Shown here: positions 61,401 through 64,000 of the stretch, piece by piece | How positions within the stretch are numbered: position 1 is the stretch's first letter | Layout of the letters: each line of letters begins with the position of its first letter | Source: Eutreptiella sp. 'Long Island Sound 2002' | Taxonomy: Eukaryota; Protista; Euglenida | Assembly: GCA_964036045.1 (NCBI GenBank) | Contig: OZ038378.1 | Span: forward strand, 47,368,001 to 47,432,000 | Direction of reading: 5' to 3' | Length of the DNA: 64,000 nt | Position numbers and translations under genes: made by a program | Notes under the pieces: model-generated | Database searches by the model: none | What the model saw: only the letters and a program-made list of their open reading frames with translations | Told to the model about the DNA's origin: nothing

Positions 61401-64000
61401 GCCACCTTCGCTTTAGGACCACCGAGGGCCGCACCGCATGGGCGAGGGGGCCTCCTTTGCTTTGGGGCCAGCGAGGCCCCCGAGGCATGGGCAAGGGGGC
61501 CTCCTTCGCTTTGGGACCACCGAGGTCCCCGCCGCATGCGCGAGGGGGCCTCATTGGCTTTGGGGCCACCGAGGCCCCGGCCGCATGGGCGGTGGCCTTC
61601 TTCGCTTTGCGACCACCGAGGCCCCCGGCGCATTGGCGAGCGGGCCACCTTCGTTTTGGGACCACCGAGGGCCGAACCACATGGGCGAGGGCGCCTCCTT
61701 TGCTTTGGGGCCACCGAGGCCCCCGAGGCATGGGCGAGGGGGCCTCATTCGCTTCGGTACCACCGAGGCCCCCGCCGCGTTGGCGGGGGCCTTCTTCGTT
61801 TTCGGACCACCGCGGCCCTCGCCGCATGGGCGGTGGCCTTCTTCCTTTTGGGACCACCGAGGCCCCCGCTGCATCGGCGAGGGGGCCACCTTCGCTTTGC
61901 GACCACCAAGGACACCGCCGCACAGGCGAGGGGGCGTATTTCGCTTTGACCGAGGCCTCCGCCGCGTGGGCGAGGGGGCCTCTTTCCCTTGGGACCACCC
62001 ATGACCCCGCCGCATGGACGATGGGGCCTCCTTCGCTTCGGGACCACCGAGGCCTCCAGCGCATGGGCGAGGGGGCCTCCTTTGCTTTGGGGCCACCGAG
62101 GCCCCTGCTGCATGGGTGCATGGGCCTCTCCCCCTTAGGGACCACCGAGGCCGCCGCTGCGTGGGCGGGTGGCCCTCCTTCCCTTTGGGGCCACTGAGGC
62201 CCCCGCCGCATGGTTGAGGGGGCCTCCTTCGCTTCGGGCCACCGAGGCCTCCAACGCATGGGCGAGGGGGCCTCCTTTGCTTTGGGACCACCGAGGCCCC
62301 TGTTGCATGGGTGCATGGGCCTCTCCCCCTTAGGGACCACCGAGGCAGCCGTTGCGTGGGCGGGTGGCCCTCCTTCACTTTGGGGCCACTGAGGCCCCCG
62401 CCGCATGGTTGAGGGGGCCTCCTTCGCTTTGGGGCCACCGAGGCCCCCGCTGCATGGGCGAGGGGGCCTCCTTCACTTGGGGACCGCAAGGGCCTCCACT
62501 GCATCAACGAGGGGCCTCCTTCGCTTTGGGAGCAGCGGGGCACTCGCCGTATGGGCGAGGAGGCCTCCTTCTCTTTGGCACCAACGGAACCCCCGCCACA
62601 TCGGCGAAGGGGCCTCCTTTGCTTTCACCGAGGCCCCCGCCACATGGGCGAGGGGGCCTCCTTCGCTTTGGGCCCACTCCGGCCCCCGCCGCATGGGCGG
62701 TGGCCTTCTTCGTTTTGCGACCACCGAGGCCCCCGCCGCATTGGCGAGGGGGCCACCTTCGCTTTGGGACCACCGAGGCCCGTACCGCATGAGCGAGGGG
62801 GCCTCCTTCGCTTTCGGGCCACCGAGGGGGCCTTCTTTGTTTTGGGACCACCGGGGCCCCCGCCGCATTGGCGAGGGGGCCACCTTCGCTGTGGGACCAC
62901 ATAGGGCCGCACCGCATGGGCCAGGGAGCCACCTTCGCTTTGCGACCACCAACGACCCCGCTGCATGGGCGAGGGGGCGTATTTCGCTTTGACCGAAGCC
63001 TCCGCCGCGTGGGCGAGGGGGCCTCTTTCACTTGGGACCACCCATGACCGCACCGCATGGGCGATGGGGCCTCCTTCGCTTCAGGACCACCGAGGCCTCC
63101 GCCGCATGGGCGAGGTGGCCTCCTTTGCTTTGGGACCACCGAGGGGGCCTTCTTTGTTTTGGGATCACCGGGGCCCTCCCCGCATGTGCGGTGGCCTTCT
63201 TCGTTTTGGGACCCCCGAGGCCCCCGCCGCATGGGCGAGGGGGCCTCCTTCGATTTGGAACCACCGAGGCCCCTGCGGCATGTGCGAGGGGGCCTCCTTC
63301 GCTTAGTGATCACCGAGGCCCCCGCCGCATAGGCGAGGGGGCCTCCTTCGCTTTGGGACCACCAAGGCCCCCGCCGCATGGGCGAGGGGGCCTCCTTCGC
63401 TTAGTGATCACCGAGGCCCCCGCCGCATAGGCGAGGGGGCCTCCTTCGCTTTGGGACCACCAAGGCCCCCGCCGCATGGGCGAGGGGGCCTCCTTCACTT
63501 AGTGATCACCGAGGCCCCCGCCGCATAGGCGAGGGGGCCTCCTTCGCTTTGGGACCACCAAGGCCCCCGCCGCATGGGCGAGGGGGCCTCCTTCGCTTTG
63601 GGACCACCGAGGTCCCCGCCGCATGGGCGAGGGGGCCTCATTGCCTTTGGGGCCGACGAGGTCCCCGCCGCATGGGCGGTGGCCTTCTTCGCTTTGCGAC
63701 CACCGAGGCCCCTGGCGCATTGGCGAGGGGGCCACCTTCGCTTTAGGACCACCGAGGGCCGCACCGCATGGGCGAGGGGGCCTCCTTTGCTTTGGGGCCA
63801 GCGAGGCCCCCGAGGCATGGGCAAGGGGGCCTCCTTCGCTTTGGGACCACCGAGGACCCCGCCGCACAGGCGAGGGTGCGTATTTCGCTTTGACCGAGGC
63901 CTGCGCCGCGTGGGCGAGGGGGCCTCTTTCCGTTGGGACCACCCATGACATCGCCGCATGGACGATGGGGCCTCCTTCGCTTCGGGACCACGGAGGCCTC
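58480..64000. repeat. GC-rich 49-bp satellite array, running off the window end
   Basis: Consensus gggcgagggggcctccttcgctttgggaccaccgaggcccccgccgcat; on the order of 110 diverged units. Confidence 0.97.
59179..63850. repeat. 2330-bp higher-order repeat, two near-identical copies
   Basis: Constant 2330-bp offset: 59181/61511, 59821/62151, 61481/63811; paired ORFs 60022/62352 and 60174/62504; a few SNPs distinguish the copies. Confidence 0.93.

Noticed and set aside
58480-64000. CRISPR array, or protein-coding repeat ORFs up to 423 aa
   Set aside because: No unique spacers, no cas genes, and the context is eukaryotic. The 49-bp unit is not a multiple of 3 and ORFs appear in all six frames because the GC-rich unit lacks stops.

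Overview
Eukaryotic, repeat-dense window made almost entirely of decayed transposons, satellites and long poly-G/poly-C tracts; no rRNA, no CRISPR array and no complete host gene. The centrepiece is a 5.6-kb tyrosine-recombinase (DIRS-order) retroelement at 14437-20000. Its gene order is Gag(CCHC)-YR-RT/RNase H, as in VIPER/TATE elements, plus an unrecognised fourth ORF. It has short 89-bp direct terminal repeats that each carry two palindromes, and a 7-bp similarity between its target site and its internal junction. It sits inside a DDE-like transposase pseudogene (family A), which has a distant paralogue at 42.6-44 kb. A second, P-element-like transposase family (B) with an N-terminal zinc finger occurs at 6.5-7.9 kb and 45.5-47.9 kb. 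Other structure: a 16-bp palindrome recurring in pairs at a fixed 69-bp pitch, a probable spliced histidine-phosphatase exon, a TIR element with G-rich tracts, convergent GTTCTAG arrays, a ~193-bp satellite, and a 49-bp hairpin satellite with a 2330-bp higher-order repeat. VIPER-like gene order and TTAGGG remnants are compatible with a euglenozoan host, but that is inference only. All family assignments come from motifs read by eye, with no database search.
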